A stretch of 63,934 bases of DNA from a virus (IMGVR_UViG_3300019360_000003:1-63934); one strand, 5' to 3'. Positions 8,027 to 17,493 are shown, counted from the first letter of the stretch. Notes: generated by a model from the sequence alone, not told the origin. Numbers and translations: made by a program.

Positions 8027-8311
8027 ATGGCGAAAATCAAAATCGAAGGGCAAACAATCGAGATGGACGACGAGATCGCCGGCGACGACGAATTGCTGAA
8101 GGCCGCGCTTGCGCCGAGCTGGCCCGACGCGAAGACAGCGACGTTCACGCGAACGGGCGGGAAGGACAAGGAGCTTGTCGTCAGCGTGACTAAAAAGGCC
8201 GGCACGAAGGGCATGGACGACGCCGAGATCGAAGCGCTCTTGCTCTTCGATCGGCGAGAGGAGCGCGAGAAGCGAGACGCCGAGCGCATAAGCGAGAGGA
8301 GGGGCGCATGA
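8027..8311 (+). CDS. Ubiquitin-like protein (PRTRC protein C-like) with a C-terminal extension
   Basis: 62-aa domain with PDAKTAT motif ending KAGTKG, then 32 extra residues; strong AAGGAG RBS; context of E1, E2 and JAB genes. Confidence 0.75.
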   Translation: MAKIKIEGQTIEMDDEIAGDDELLKAALAPSWPDAKTATFTRTGGKDKELVVSVTKKAGTKGMDDAEIEALLLFDRREEREKRDAERISERRGA

Positions 8312-8556
8312 CCGGACTTATCGAGCGCCTGCTCGCCTCCCCCGAGGCCCCCAACCCCGCCGTCGAGATGAGCGCGTGGCTCGCCGAGCTGCAGCGATCC
8401 GGCCAGCTCGATCAGGTCCGCATCCAGGAGTTGCTCCCCGCGATCGAGGCCGCGGCCGACCAGGGCGAGCGCGATCTCGACGGCGCGGGGGCCGCGCGGA
8501 GGAGCCTGGAGCGCGCCGGCGCTATACCATCGAAGGAGGTCCCACTCGGGTTTTGA
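8308..8556 (+). CDS. Small helical protein coupled to the Ubl gene
   Basis: ATGA overlap; ends VPLGF. Confidence 0.65.
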   Translation: MTGLIERLLASPEAPNPAVEMSAWLAELQRSGQLDQVRIQELLPAIEAAADQGERDLDGAGAARRSLERAGAIPSKEVPLGF

Positions 8557-8557
8557 T

Positions 8558-8866
8558 ATGGAAGGGCTGACCGAAATCCAAGCGTCAAAACTTGCGCTGC
8601 TATCCGCTCATTTGTCTCTGACCGTCCCACTCGCGATTGGCGATCTACAGGCTCGCGGTGGACCGACAAAGACCGATCTTGAGTTCGCGGCAGCCTTCGG
8701 CGCAACGCTCGCTCATAAAGGTGACGTCTTGCTCTACAGAGGCAAGAGGGGCGAAGCGGCTGATTTGGTAAGTCGGCTAGCGCGCGCGCTGGCTGTGCTG
8801 GCCTTCCAGCCTGGTGGCGTTGAGATTTTTGGACTTTGCTTTGAGGCGGAAAAGCGCAATGACTGA
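8558..8866 (+). CDS. Phage hypothetical protein
   Basis: Tightly packed ORF; AFQPGGVEIFG motif. Confidence 0.7.
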   Translation: MEGLTEIQASKLALLSAHLSLTVPLAIGDLQARGGPTKTDLEFAAAFGATLAHKGDVLLYRGKRGEAADLVSRLARALAVLAFQPGGVEIFGLCFEAEKRND

Positions 8867-8877
8867 GGAGGCGATCA

Positions 8878-9129
8878 ATGGACATTGGCGATCCTAAAAC
8901 TGTCGCAGCGTTATTGCTTGGCTTCCCACCAAATAAATTCGAGATCACGAAGCAGATGGTGATTGCTACGCCCCGCGAGTCGGGCGGTCGCTTCGTCGAT
9001 CTCAAGGTGACCGAGCTTAAAGGCGGCCAGCGCCTCTTCGAGGTGGCTTGGCGTGGCGGCCACAAGCGCGTCGCGACTGAGGCTGAGGCTGTGGCTTTGT
9101 TTTTGGAAAAGCTGAAGGCGATTCAATGA
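8878..9129 (+). CDS. Hypothetical protein
   Basis: GAGGAGG RBS. Confidence 0.65.
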   Translation: MDIGDPKTVAALLLGFPPNKFEITKQMVIATPRESGGRFVDLKVTELKGGQRLFEVAWRGGHKRVATEAEAVALFLEKLKAIQ

Positions 9130-9932
9130 CTCGAAAGAAAGCCAAAAAATCGAAGAAGCCCTCCCCTCGCGCCAGCGCCCAGGACGCCGTTCTGCATCTG
9201 CGCCTCATCCAGTACGGGGCGCATATCGTCGAGCTTTACGAGAAGTTTTTCCCCAAGGAGTTCGACGGGATTGATTACAGCTCCTTCGAGGCGCTGCTCG
9301 CGTCGTACGACCGCTTCGCGCTGCTCGTCAACGACAATCTGTTTCCGGTCCACGCGTTCAGCTCGAACGATCTGATGTATGAAGAGCCTGATCACAACCT
9401 CCACACGATGGAGATCTGTTTTCACGGCTTCAGCTCTTTCGTCTGGTTCGACCGCATGAACCACGGCGAGGAGGTATCGGTGGTCGAGAGGATGCTTGTC
9501 TCCGCGGCCGGCTATCACGATTTCCCGATGGTCAAACTCGGGCCGCCTAAAGACCACAGGTTTAGCAGTGAGAAGCTCCAGGAGGTCTCCTGGAAGCAGA
9601 AGGGAATGATCTCGCGCCTGTGGCTCGCGGCGATGGCCGTGCTCGGCGGCACGGGCAACGTATGGCTCGATCTGTCCGAGGAGGAATACTACGCGTCGGA
9701 GCCGCCAGAGTGGAACGAGGCTCAGATCATGTGGCTCGCCAGCGAGTTCAAGGAGGCTCAGAGAGTCTCCGATCAGGTCAACGAGTTCCTCGTCTGGGCC
9801 GACTCGAAGGAGAAACTCGAGCGGATCGAGCGGCTACTCCGCCGGGCGCAGGTTCCGGATAAGCCTATCCGCATGAAGGTCCGGGATCTTCCCGAGGTCC
9901 CACTCGTCGAAGCGTTGGGAGGCGTTTTGTGA
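9126..9932 (+). CDS. Hypothetical protein in the position of PRTRC protein F
   Basis: Directly upstream of and coupled to the E2-D gene; identity inferred from position only. Confidence 0.5.
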   Translation: MTRKKAKKSKKPSPRASAQDAVLHLRLIQYGAHIVELYEKFFPKEFDGIDYSSFEALLASYDRFALLVNDNLFPVHAFSSNDLMYEEPDHNLHTMEICFHGFSSFVWFDRMNHGEEVSVVERMLVSAAGYHDFPMVKLGPPKDHRFSSEKLQEVSWKQKGMISRLWLAAMAVLGGTGNVWLDLSEEEYYASEPPEWNEAQIMWLASEFKEAQRVSDQVNEFLVWADSKEKLERIERLLRRAQVPDKPIRMKVRDLPEVPLVEALGGVL

Positions 9933-10618
9933 GTAAACGGGTCTCCAAAAATCTGATCCCCGTGGGTGTGAACCCCCAGGCGGCGATCTACCTGGTCAAC
10001 GACCAATTTCTCCTCGTCGCCAATCGCGACGGCAAGGTCGAGCAGAAGTACGTCAGCCCCGGCGCGGTCCGGAGCGCCTTCGCCGCCGAGCCGGTCGACA
10101 CGGGCTGGATCCCCGAGGGCGTGCGCCGCTGGGGCGTCGGCGCGAAGGGCGTGTACATGCTGCGATGGCATGCGCCGGCGGTGTATTCGGTCTGGCTGCC
10201 GGAGCGCAAGCGCCAGGCGCGCGTCCCGATGCCGGCGCTCGTGTTCTTCGCGCAAGCGAAGGCCTATTACATTTGGGCGATGAGGGGCGACAAGTTCGAC
10301 CCGAAGGGACTGCTCTTCAACGCGCCGTGCGCCAATGTCAACAACCTCGGGCTGATTTGCTGGGGGTCGAATCCGCACCTCGACGTCGCTGAAGGCGGCG
10401 CCTTCGACCGGATGTGGAGCCTCTTTTGGGAGGCGCCGTTTTCCGGCGACCACGAGGCCGGCGCGAACGCGCGCATGGCGGAGCTCGCGCGGAAGAAGGT
10501 CGAGCGGTTTCCGGAGGCCGAATTGACGCCGCTTTCGCATCGGCTCGTGACAGGGCCTTGCACGCTGGAGGCCGTCGTGGAGCGATTTACGAGGAGAGGA
10601 GAAGATCAATGGGGTTAG
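9929..10618 (+). CDS. Prokaryotic E2 family D (PRTRC protein B)
   Basis: VPMPALVF...LFNAPCANV...GLICWG, with the conserved Cys. Confidence 0.85.
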   Translation: MSKRVSKNLIPVGVNPQAAIYLVNDQFLLVANRDGKVEQKYVSPGAVRSAFAAEPVDTGWIPEGVRRWGVGAKGVYMLRWHAPAVYSVWLPERKRQARVPMPALVFFAQAKAYYIWAMRGDKFDPKGLLFNAPCANVNNLGLICWGSNPHLDVAEGGAFDRMWSLFWEAPFSGDHEAGANARMAELARKKVERFPEAELTPLSHRLVTGPCTLEAVVERFTRRGEDQWG

Positions 10619-11304
10619 TGACTGATGTTTTGAATTCGGCCTACGCCGCCGAACCGCCTGCAGTCCTCATCGGCTACCTCCTGAATCAGGAGGAGGGATT
10701 GAGGCCTCCGCCGCAGCGTGGAGGCCTCTACGATTACGTCCTGAGCGCCGACGGTCTCTATCTGCACGCGCGACGTGAGGAGATGGAGGTCAGCTTCCCG
10801 ATCCTGCCCGGGGCCTCAGGAGTAATTCGAGGATTGCGGCCGACTGCGCCTGTCTTCGATTTTCATCTCCCGCTCGTTCCCGCGGGCTTGGTCACCGAGC
10901 TGTGGGCGCAGGCCGAGGACTGGGCGAATCAAGGCCTCGAAACGCTCTTTCATCTCGTCTGGTCGCCAGTCTACCCGTGGAATAACGGGTGGGGACTCGA
11001 TACGCCCGAGCAGGAGCGCTCCGCGACCAGGTGCAAGCCGCTCCACGACGGCCCAGGCTCGTCTCACGAGAAGGCGATCGTCGAGATCCATTCCCACCAT
11101 TTGATGCCCGCGCGGTTCTCGCCGACGGACGACAAGGACGAGACCGGCTTCCGCCTGTACGGTGTGATCGGCCGACTGCCCGAGGCGCCGGAGATCCGGC
11201 TGCGCGTCGGCGTGTACGGTTATTTCTGGGAGATTCCCGCGTCGTGGGCGCTGGAGCTGCCGGAATGTTTGAGGGATTGCAACGCGGAGGACTGGGATGG
11301 CTGA
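10609..11304 (+). CDS. JAB/Mov34 isopeptidase (PRTRC protein A)
   Basis: YVLSADGLYL N-terminus; EIHSHH...FSPTDDKDE JAMM motif; YGVIG and LRVGVYGYF. Confidence 0.9.
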   Translation: MGLVTDVLNSAYAAEPPAVLIGYLLNQEEGLRPPPQRGGLYDYVLSADGLYLHARREEMEVSFPILPGASGVIRGLRPTAPVFDFHLPLVPAGLVTELWAQAEDWANQGLETLFHLVWSPVYPWNNGWGLDTPEQERSATRCKPLHDGPGSSHEKAIVEIHSHHLMPARFSPTDDKDETGFRLYGVIGRLPEAPEIRLRVGVYGYFWEIPASWALELPECLRDCNAEDWDG

Positions 11305-11530
11305 CTGGAAAGAGCTCCGATACGCGCTCAGCCTGCGCGAGTTCGAGCCGCAGAGCTGGCGGGATTATGCGCTTATTCCCTGGCACGTAGCGGGCTGGCT
11401 ACTCGCTTGCGTCTTGACGGCCCTGCGAAGCCCATTCCTGAAACGGAGCATTTTTATCACCTCCGATGTCTGTCCGCGGCCGCCGCGATGGCGCTCGTCT
11501 TTTCACTGTTGGCGATTTATGAAGCGATGA
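11297..11530 (+). CDS. Hypothetical protein
   Basis: Overlaps the JAB stop; operon-like packing. Confidence 0.45.
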   Translation: MADWKELRYALSLREFEPQSWRDYALIPWHVAGWLLACVLTALRSPFLKRSIFITSDVCPRPPRWRSSFHCWRFMKR

Positions 11531-11540
11531 AGGAGGAGAC

Positions 11541-11804
11541 ATGATCAGATCAATCGCGCCTCCGCCGCCGTGTGATTGTTGCGGGGCGGAGTATCGAAAC
11601 ACCGGCTGCGTGCGTGGGTACGGCTGCGACTGCCCTGGCTTCGCTACTTTTTGTGAGGTCTGCAAATTTTGCATGACGCACTGCCAGTGCGACGAGGCGA
11701 TGAAGGCGGAGTTTTCCGTCGCGCGCGCGGATTACCTGGAGGCGCTGCGGCTGATCAGATGCGCGCATCCGAAACAAATTAATAAAAAGCTGGCGTCAAT
11801 TTGA
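11541..11804 (+). CDS. Small Cys-rich (probable Zn-binding) protein
   Basis: AAGGAGG RBS; many Cys pairs. Confidence 0.6.
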   Translation: MIRSIAPPPPCDCCGAEYRNTGCVRGYGCDCPGFATFCEVCKFCMTHCQCDEAMKAEFSVARADYLEALRLIRCAHPKQINKKLASI

Positions 11805-12265
11805 TGACTCAAGAATTGCTTCAATCAATGCGTGAAACCGCAATCACACATCACTGCCGTTTCGCCTTTGAAACCGCGCATCCGCGCTTCGCCCGGCTAG
11901 TCCGCCATCCCGCCGGCGCTACGTCGGCCATCCTAACCGTCAATAGTGGCTATGAGTGACTGGAGGCGGGCTTTGGCGGGCCGGTCTGGCACGCCTCGAT
12001 TGCGGCCCGCGGCAAGCTCTCGCAGGCCTCGTGTTACAACATCGCAAGGCGGATCATCGAAGGGATTGGCGATCCGCTGCGGGAATGGCATGAATGGACC
12101 GGGCGCGCCTTTCATATCCGGCGCCGGCTCACCGCGGAGGAGCAGACGCGCGTTGGTGAGGCGATTGATTGTCGCGGAAAAGCGGAAGGGCGCGAACGCT
12201 TTGAACGGATCTGCGCGGAACTACCCGAGGCGGCGCTTAAATTCGCAATGCAGGAGATTGGATGA
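11804..12265 (+). pseudogene. 153-codon gene interrupted by an in-frame TGA (codon 52, 11957-11959)
   Basis: ATG coupled to the upstream stop; protein-like frame on both sides of the TGA (…VNSGYE*LEAGFGGPVWHASI…). Confidence 0.65.
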
Positions 12266-12444
12266 GGAGGAGCGGCCACGCGAAGAGTTGGTTCACGTCC
12301 GGAGCCGCCAATGATCGTTGGCGGCAGGCTCTATGTCGGCCTTTGCCGCAAGGTCTGGTGGCGGGGAGTTACGGCAAGGGCGGGATCGGCGCTCAGATCG
12401 TGTGGCTGAGAGCGCAGATGGAGAAGAGTAAGGAGGCCTGACTT

Positions 12445-12858
12445 ATGGACATCGAACTGGCGAAAGAGATCACGGCTAAATGCGTCGAGACCTCACTCTC
12501 GCTCACATTGCATGACCGCTACCAGCCTCTGCCAGACATTGAGCTGGCCGACCTGGTCGAAGCGAACCGACTCGTCGCGGAGATGGAGCCTGAGCGGCAG
12601 GCCGACGGTTCCAGGAATCATTACATCCACGTCGACCCGCGTGGGATCGCGCTCCACTACGCGTTCAAGCATTTCGGCCTGTCACCGAATCAAATGCTTG
12701 AGGCGCTGGGGTTCGGCTTTGACGAGGACTGGATCGAGTTCTGCGCTGGCTGCTGGAAGTTCACGCGCAAGGACCTGGTGCGGTTCATGAACGGCCATCT
12801 CTATTGCGAGGATTGCCGGAACTTGCTTAAGGAGCAGGAGAATGCCGAAACCCATTGA
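12445..12858 (+). CDS. Hypothetical protein with a C-terminal Zn finger
   Basis: AAGGAGG RBS; CxxC...CxxC. Confidence 0.7.
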   Translation: MDIELAKEITAKCVETSLSLTLHDRYQPLPDIELADLVEANRLVAEMEPERQADGSRNHYIHVDPRGIALHYAFKHFGLSPNQMLEALGFGFDEDWIEFCAGCWKFTRKDLVRFMNGHLYCEDCRNLLKEQENAETH

Positions 12859-13693
12859 CCTCTCCTACGCCCGGGCCGCGCAACTGTTGCTGCCCGCCTA
12901 CGACCGCCTGCGCCTGATCCTCGTCGGCTGCGGCGGGACCGGGAGCTGGCTCGCGCCGTCGGTCGCGCGGATCGCCAGGCTCCAGCGCGAGCAGGGCAGG
13001 CCTGTTGAGTTACTGTTTTACGATCACGACCACGTCGAGCCCAAGAATATCCCCCGGCAAAATTTCTGCGACGCCGAACTTGGCCGTAACAAGGCCGTCG
13101 CGTTGGCCGCGCGCTTCTCCGCGGCGTGGGGCGTGGAGATCGCGGCGGTTCCGCGAAAATTCCGGGCCGCGTCGTTCGATTGGCCGCAGGCCGGAACCCT
13201 CACGATCCTGATCGGTTGTGTGGATAACGCCGCGGCGCGCGGCGAGATGGCGAGCGTGGTCAAAACGCAAAGGTTCGACCTGCTGCCGGCCTGGTGGCTC
13301 GACTGCGGCAACGAAGAATCCTCCGGCCAGGTGATAGTCGGCTCGACCATTCAGCCGAAGGATCTCGCCGGCTCGTTTACGCCGTCTTGCAAAATTTGCA
13401 AAGCGCTCCCCGCGCCCTCGCTGGTCGCGCCGGATCTGCTGGTCGCGAAGCCGGAGGAGTTGGAAGACTCGAAGGTGTCCTGCGCCGAGATGCAGGTACT
13501 CAACGCCCAGAGCCTGGCCGTGAACCAGACGGTCGCCGCCATCGCGACGGATTACCTACTGGGGCTCCTCGGCGGGAAGTTGCGAAAATTCGCAACTTAT
13601 TTCGACCTGGCGAGCGGGTCGATGAGGTCGAAGTATATAACCCCCGAGGAGATCACCGGCGCGATCAGGCGGCCGCCGGCGTATTTGATCTAG
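12842..13693 (+). CDS. ThiF/E1-like activating enzyme (PRTRC ThiF family)
   Basis: LVGCGGTGS, RQNF, GRNKA, GCVDN, WLDCGN and SCAE motifs. Confidence 0.92.
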   Translation: MPKPIDLSYARAAQLLLPAYDRLRLILVGCGGTGSWLAPSVARIARLQREQGRPVELLFYDHDHVEPKNIPRQNFCDAELGRNKAVALAARFSAAWGVEIAAVPRKFRAASFDWPQAGTLTILIGCVDNAAARGEMASVVKTQRFDLLPAWWLDCGNEESSGQVIVGSTIQPKDLAGSFTPSCKICKALPAPSLVAPDLLVAKPEELEDSKVSCAEMQVLNAQSLAVNQTVAAIATDYLLGLLGGKLRKFATYFDLASGSMRSKYITPEEITGAIRRPPAYLI

Positions 13694-13728
13694 GCGCCGA
13701 AAGCCAAGAAAGAGAAGGAGGCCGCGTA

Positions 13729-13947
13729 ATGGACTATTTCGATTATTTGTTCGTCTTCATCGTCGGAGGCCTCGCGCTCTTCCTGCTCGTCGGCTTTACC
13801 TTCCATTTCGCGTATGGCCTCGGCCATGCGATGGGCGAGATCACCGAGCGGCTGCGCATGACGCTGCTTGTCGGACGCGTCGAGGCATGCGCGGCCCTTG
13901 GGTCGGACGAAGCGGACGAAGAGATCCGGCAGGAAGAATTGCCGTAG
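13729..13947 (+). CDS. Small membrane protein
   Basis: AAGGAGG RBS; one TM helix. Confidence 0.6.
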   Translation: MDYFDYLFVFIVGGLALFLLVGFTFHFAYGLGHAMGEITERLRMTLLVGRVEACAALGSDEADEEIRQEELP

Positions 13948-13975
13948 TCATCATTTTTCTCGAAAGGTATTTAAG

Positions 13976-14212
13976 GTGGACGCTCCTCAATCAATACCCG
14001 TGTCTCCGGTCCCGATCGTCGCTCTCTATTGCCCCTTGTGCGGAGGCCTGATCGACCGGGTCGGCGTGGATGTCCAGGGGACGCTCCTACCCAACTGCCG
14101 AAAGTGCAAGAGCCTGCGGGCGGTCAAAATCGCCTGCGGGAAGCTCACCATCGAGGCCGAACTCCCGCTCCCGCCTATTGCGCCGGAGAATCCTCGAATC
14201 GCGGGGGAATGA
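13976..14212 (+). CDS. Com-like zinc-ribbon protein
   Basis: CPLCGG-x-CRKCK pattern; last gene of the early operon. Confidence 0.55.
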   Translation: MDAPQSIPVSPVPIVALYCPLCGGLIDRVGVDVQGTLLPNCRKCKSLRAVKIACGKLTIEAELPLPPIAPENPRIAGE

Positions 14213-14224
14213 TCCCGCGAGATC

Positions 14225-14524
14225 TCAGTCTTTCCACGTGCGCCCATTACAAATATCGGAGATCGCGTGCTCCGACATGCCAAATTGTCGCGCTAGGCTG
14301 CTGAGCGTCCATCCTTGGTCGGCGCGCAGCTTGCGGATTTTTGCGACTTGGGCGCTGGTGAGTTTCGCCGTAGGCGCCAGCTCGCCGCTATGAGTGGCGT
14401 TTGGCGGCGCTTCCGGGTCGAGGCCGGCGCGCTGGCGGCGGAGAATTTGCGCGGAGCGGCGCTTTTGGAGGCGTTGCGCTTCGCGACGCTCCTCTTCGGT
14501 GGCGTATTTAGGTGGTCTGCCCAT
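14225..14524 (-). CDS. DNA-binding protein (AT-hook-like GRP plus HTH)
   Basis: MGRPPKY; AKLT..QV..IR...LARQFGMS...I..GRTWK, an HTH of the kind found at HNH endonuclease C-termini. Confidence 0.7.
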   Translation of the reverse strand: MGRPPKYATEEERREAQRLQKRRSAQILRRQRAGLDPEAPPNATHSGELAPTAKLTSAQVAKIRKLRADQGWTLSSLARQFGMSEHAISDICNGRTWKD

Positions 14525-14547
14525 ATGATTTTCTCCGTATTATCCCT

Positions 14548-15471
14548 TCATTCTCCAATCAGCGCTGGCTCGATCCAGATTCGCCTGATCTGACTCCGTC
14601 CCGCGCCATATGGCTGATTTCTGTAATGGCCTCTTCTCCAATGCAGTCGTGGGCTCGCGTGTGTGCCAGCATCTCCTCCGCACTCCCTCACGATTCGATA
14701 ATCTCTCCCGATTATGTTCGGCTCCCAAATCTCGCGATGAGATTTTTTGTGGGATCCGACCCTGCGACCGTGGGAGAGCAGCGTCGGCCGCGCCTCAATC
14801 GCCAGCAGCGCGCCAAAGACGATTCCCCTGAGCTGTTGCAAAAATTCATTCTCGTTCTCGGCCAAGGGGAATTCATAACTACCTGCCCGGTTCTGCCCGG
14901 TCGAGACGCCGGGCGCGGAGCGGTCCCCCAACTGGGGGGAGGTCTTTGCGTTCAGCACCGTGTCGAGCAGGGGAAAGTTCTCCTTTTCCGCGAGACCCGT
15001 CCATACGGTAAAAATATCCTCCGACAATTTGACCTTCGGACGTCCCGGCGCGAATTGCAGTACCTCCTCGGCCGGGATTCGCGCCCAGCCCAGGATCTCG
15101 CATGCCCCGTCGGTCGGATGGCGCAGGGCGCCGCGAGGCAGGCACAAGGCGCCCGCCTCGAACGGCAGCTTGATCTCCTGCCAGAGCAGGTCGCCCGGAG
15201 GCTCCGTCTCCGACACCGCCGCGAGCAGGTCTGGGGCGATGAACAGGGTCGGAAAATCGAACTCCCGGGCCTTGCAGACGGCCGTATAGATGTTCCGCGC
15301 CGTCGCCGGCGCGTTCCGGTAGTCGTCCGAGACCCATTCGATCGCGGCGACGGCGGCTGCGGCGGCGACCTTCGGGGAGCCGTAGCGCTCCATATCGCGG
15401 TAGATTCGCGGGTAGCATTCGCGCCAGGCCTGCAAGGGCTCGATTTTTTGGAGGAACTCTTGAAAGGTCAT
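14548..15471 (-). CDS. Phage protein with SPRxHWRRGH motif
   Basis: C-terminal HASPRLHWRRGHYRNQPYG...IWIEP. Confidence 0.75.
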   Translation of the reverse strand: MTFQEFLQKIEPLQAWRECYPRIYRDMERYGSPKVAAAAAVAAIEWVSDDYRNAPATARNIYTAVCKAREFDFPTLFIAPDLLAAVSETEPPGDLLWQEIKLPFEAGALCLPRGALRHPTDGACEILGWARIPAEEVLQFAPGRPKVKLSEDIFTVWTGLAEKENFPLLDTVLNAKTSPQLGDRSAPGVSTGQNRAGSYEFPLAENENEFLQQLRGIVFGALLAIEARPTLLSHGRRVGSHKKSHREIWEPNIIGRDYRIVRECGGDAGTHASPRLHWRRGHYRNQPYGAGRSQIRRIWIEPALIGE

Positions 15472-15908
15472 TACCCCTCCAGCGCTTCCTTAAAGTCCGG
15501 TTGCTCGCCGCGCGAGACACGATTCCACCATCGCTCGCAAGCGTCTGCGAGGGCGAGTAGTGTGATGAAATCGAGATTTTTGACTTTCTCGACCAGGGAC
15601 TTGCCATCAACCTTCCATTTTTTATCCATCCCTTCCAGGCTGATTCCGTCCGAAACTTCGGCCCATAACGCCTGAATCGTGAACGGCTCGCTGAACCAAG
15701 TTCTATTCGTTACGTCCAGGATCAGCGAAAGCTCGCTCTCGCTCAGCAGATCGCGGAGCTTAGCGCGAGAGTAAGTGAGCGCGGTGTAGTAGCGATTCAG
15801 GTCGCGTGAGATTACGCCCGACCTGTTGGCCTCGCCCCGGTCCCCGCGCGCATCTACGGCCGCGAGAACTGAATCCTGCATAGTAATTGATAGCTTTTCG
15901 ATTGGCAT
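15471..15908 (-). CDS. Ribbon-helix-helix regulator
   Basis: EKLSITM..SVLAAVD...NRSGVI RHH pattern. Confidence 0.65.
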   Translation of the reverse strand: MPIEKLSITMQDSVLAAVDARGDRGEANRSGVISRDLNRYYTALTYSRAKLRDLLSESELSLILDVTNRTWFSEPFTIQALWAEVSDGISLEGMDKKWKVDGKSLVEKVKNLDFITLLALADACERWWNRVSRGEQPDFKEALEG

Positions 15909-15963
15909 TTTTTATTATTCCTTTGAAAGACGGGGCGCGATCGCGCGCCCTGGTTCATACGAT

Positions 15964-16416
15964 TTATAGCGCGCCTCGCTTGAGGGGGTGATACCCCCAA
16001 AGCAATTCAAGCCATCGGGCGATCGGCGTGTCTTGCTCGAACTGATAGAGGATCTCCGTTCGGTTGAGCGTCCGTTGTTCTCCACTCCCAACATCCAACC
16101 GCCAGATCTGGGGATCGTCGAACACAAACTGCAATTCCGGGCCGCCGTTGACTGAGGCGCAGCACAGGACGCCCTCTTGCGTAATCTCGCAGGCGTAATC
16201 CTTCACCGACGCAATCGCTTTACGAAACCCGCTGAGTTGCCAGGCTAAATAGGGATTTTCGTTTTCGATGACGGTGGTTGATTTGTGGCCACCAGCGCGG
16301 GCTTTCGCCGCGAGCGCCTGCGCCTCTTGCTTGTCGAGAAAAATCATCGGGGCGTCGGCGCCCCAAACTTGCGCATGGGTATAGACGCTTGGGCCTTGCT
16401 TGATAATCCATTCCAT
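15964..16416 (-). CDS. Hypothetical protein
   Basis: GGAGG RBS; operon packing. Confidence 0.65.
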   Translation of the reverse strand: MEWIIKQGPSVYTHAQVWGADAPMIFLDKQEAQALAAKARAGGHKSTTVIENENPYLAWQLSGFRKAIASVKDYACEITQEGVLCCASVNGGPELQFVFDDPQIWRLDVGSGEQRTLNRTEILYQFEQDTPIARWLELLWGYHPLKRGAL

Positions 16417-16466
16417 AATATTCCTCCGTTAGGCGGGGACGCGAAGATGGCGTCCCCGCGAGCTAT

Positions 16467-16769
16467 CTAGCAACCGCAGTAAGAATCCGACCAATCCCCA
16501 TCGCGCTCCTTGGATTCGCGATAGGTGAATTCACAGCCGCATTCCCAGCAGATCTTTTTTTCGGCGCACGCCCGTGACGCCTCCGATTGCGGCGGCGGAT
16601 TGGTGAGTTTGGACGCGTCCACCCAAAACTCCAGTGTGTCGTCGAAGCTCTTCAGCTTTGCTCGCCGCTTGCCCGGGTTGAATTTGTCGGGGACTTCGGC
16701 GACTTTTTTATAAGCGCCGAGCTTGCCCGACTTTCCGACGTAACCGACGATCTTGTAGGACTGTCTCAT
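16467..16769 (-). CDS. Hypothetical protein with Cys motifs
   Basis: GAGGAGG RBS; CWECG...YCGC. Confidence 0.7.
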   Translation of the reverse strand: MRQSYKIVGYVGKSGKLGAYKKVAEVPDKFNPGKRRAKLKSFDDTLEFWVDASKLTNPPPQSEASRACAEKKICWECGCEFTYRESKERDGDWSDSYCGC

Positions 16770-16782
16770 GATTCCTCCTCAT

Positions 16783-17493
16783 TCAGTCGGCGGTCGGGGT
16801 TGTGAAGCTCCAGGTGTCGGCCCGCAGGCCGTGCTGGATGCGCCAGAGTCCCTCACCGGTGACGGTCGGATGCTGGCCTTTGATATGCCGGATCGTGACG
16901 CGACCGCGGGCGTAGAGTTCGGCGCCGCAGGTATAAAATTCAGGCGCCTCAACCAAGTGGGAGTCGGCGACCAGTACCTGATTGCCTTCCCATTGCTCCC
17001 ATTGGCCCGAGACGCGCTTTTCATCCCGCGCGCCTAGAGGAATCAGGGCTACGTCACCGTTGCGCACGATTCGTGAGAGTTGGCTTTCGGTGCAGTCCCA
17101 AATCCGCATAAGGGCGAACCTCACACCGCCTTCAGGGGTGGCCAGCGCCGATTTGCTCCTCGCCACGCTGTCAACTGGATGCGCGAACGCATTACCATTC
17201 TCATTGCGCCCGATGAGGTAATAATCTTTTCGGACGCGATTCCAGCGGCGCGGGTGGAAAACGCACTCGCGAACCTGAACTATAGCCAAGCTCTGCGCGT
17301 TGTCGAACGCGTAGACATCCACGTTAATGGACGAGCCGCGCTGTTTCTTGTCAGAAGCGATGCCTGTCGTCCAGGCTTGGCCGTCCAATTCGGCGATCAG
17401 TGTTTTGACCCACTCGGGATAGCTGAGCAGTTGGCCAAAGTCGCCTCGCCTGAGGCTAACAAGTTGAGTAATATTGTTGACGTCCATGATCAA
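16783..17493 (-). CDS. Hypothetical protein (RxGDV...H...HxxxH C-terminal motif)
   Basis: AGGAG RBS; first gene of the leftward operon. Confidence 0.7.
   Translation of the reverse strand: MIMDVNNITQLVSLRRGDFGQLLSYPEWVKTLIAELDGQAWTTGIASDKKQRGSSINVDVYAFDNAQSLAIVQVRECVFHPRRWNRVRKDYYLIGRNENGNAFAHPVDSVARSKSALATPEGGVRFALMRIWDCTESQLSRIVRNGDVALIPLGARDEKRVSGQWEQWEGNQVLVADSHLVEAPEFYTCGAELYARGRVTIRHIKGQHPTVTGEGLWRIQHGLRADTWSFTTPTAD

Noticed and set aside
14225-14524. HNH homing endonuclease
   Set aside because: Only the C-terminal HTH-type module is present; there is no HNH catalytic motif.
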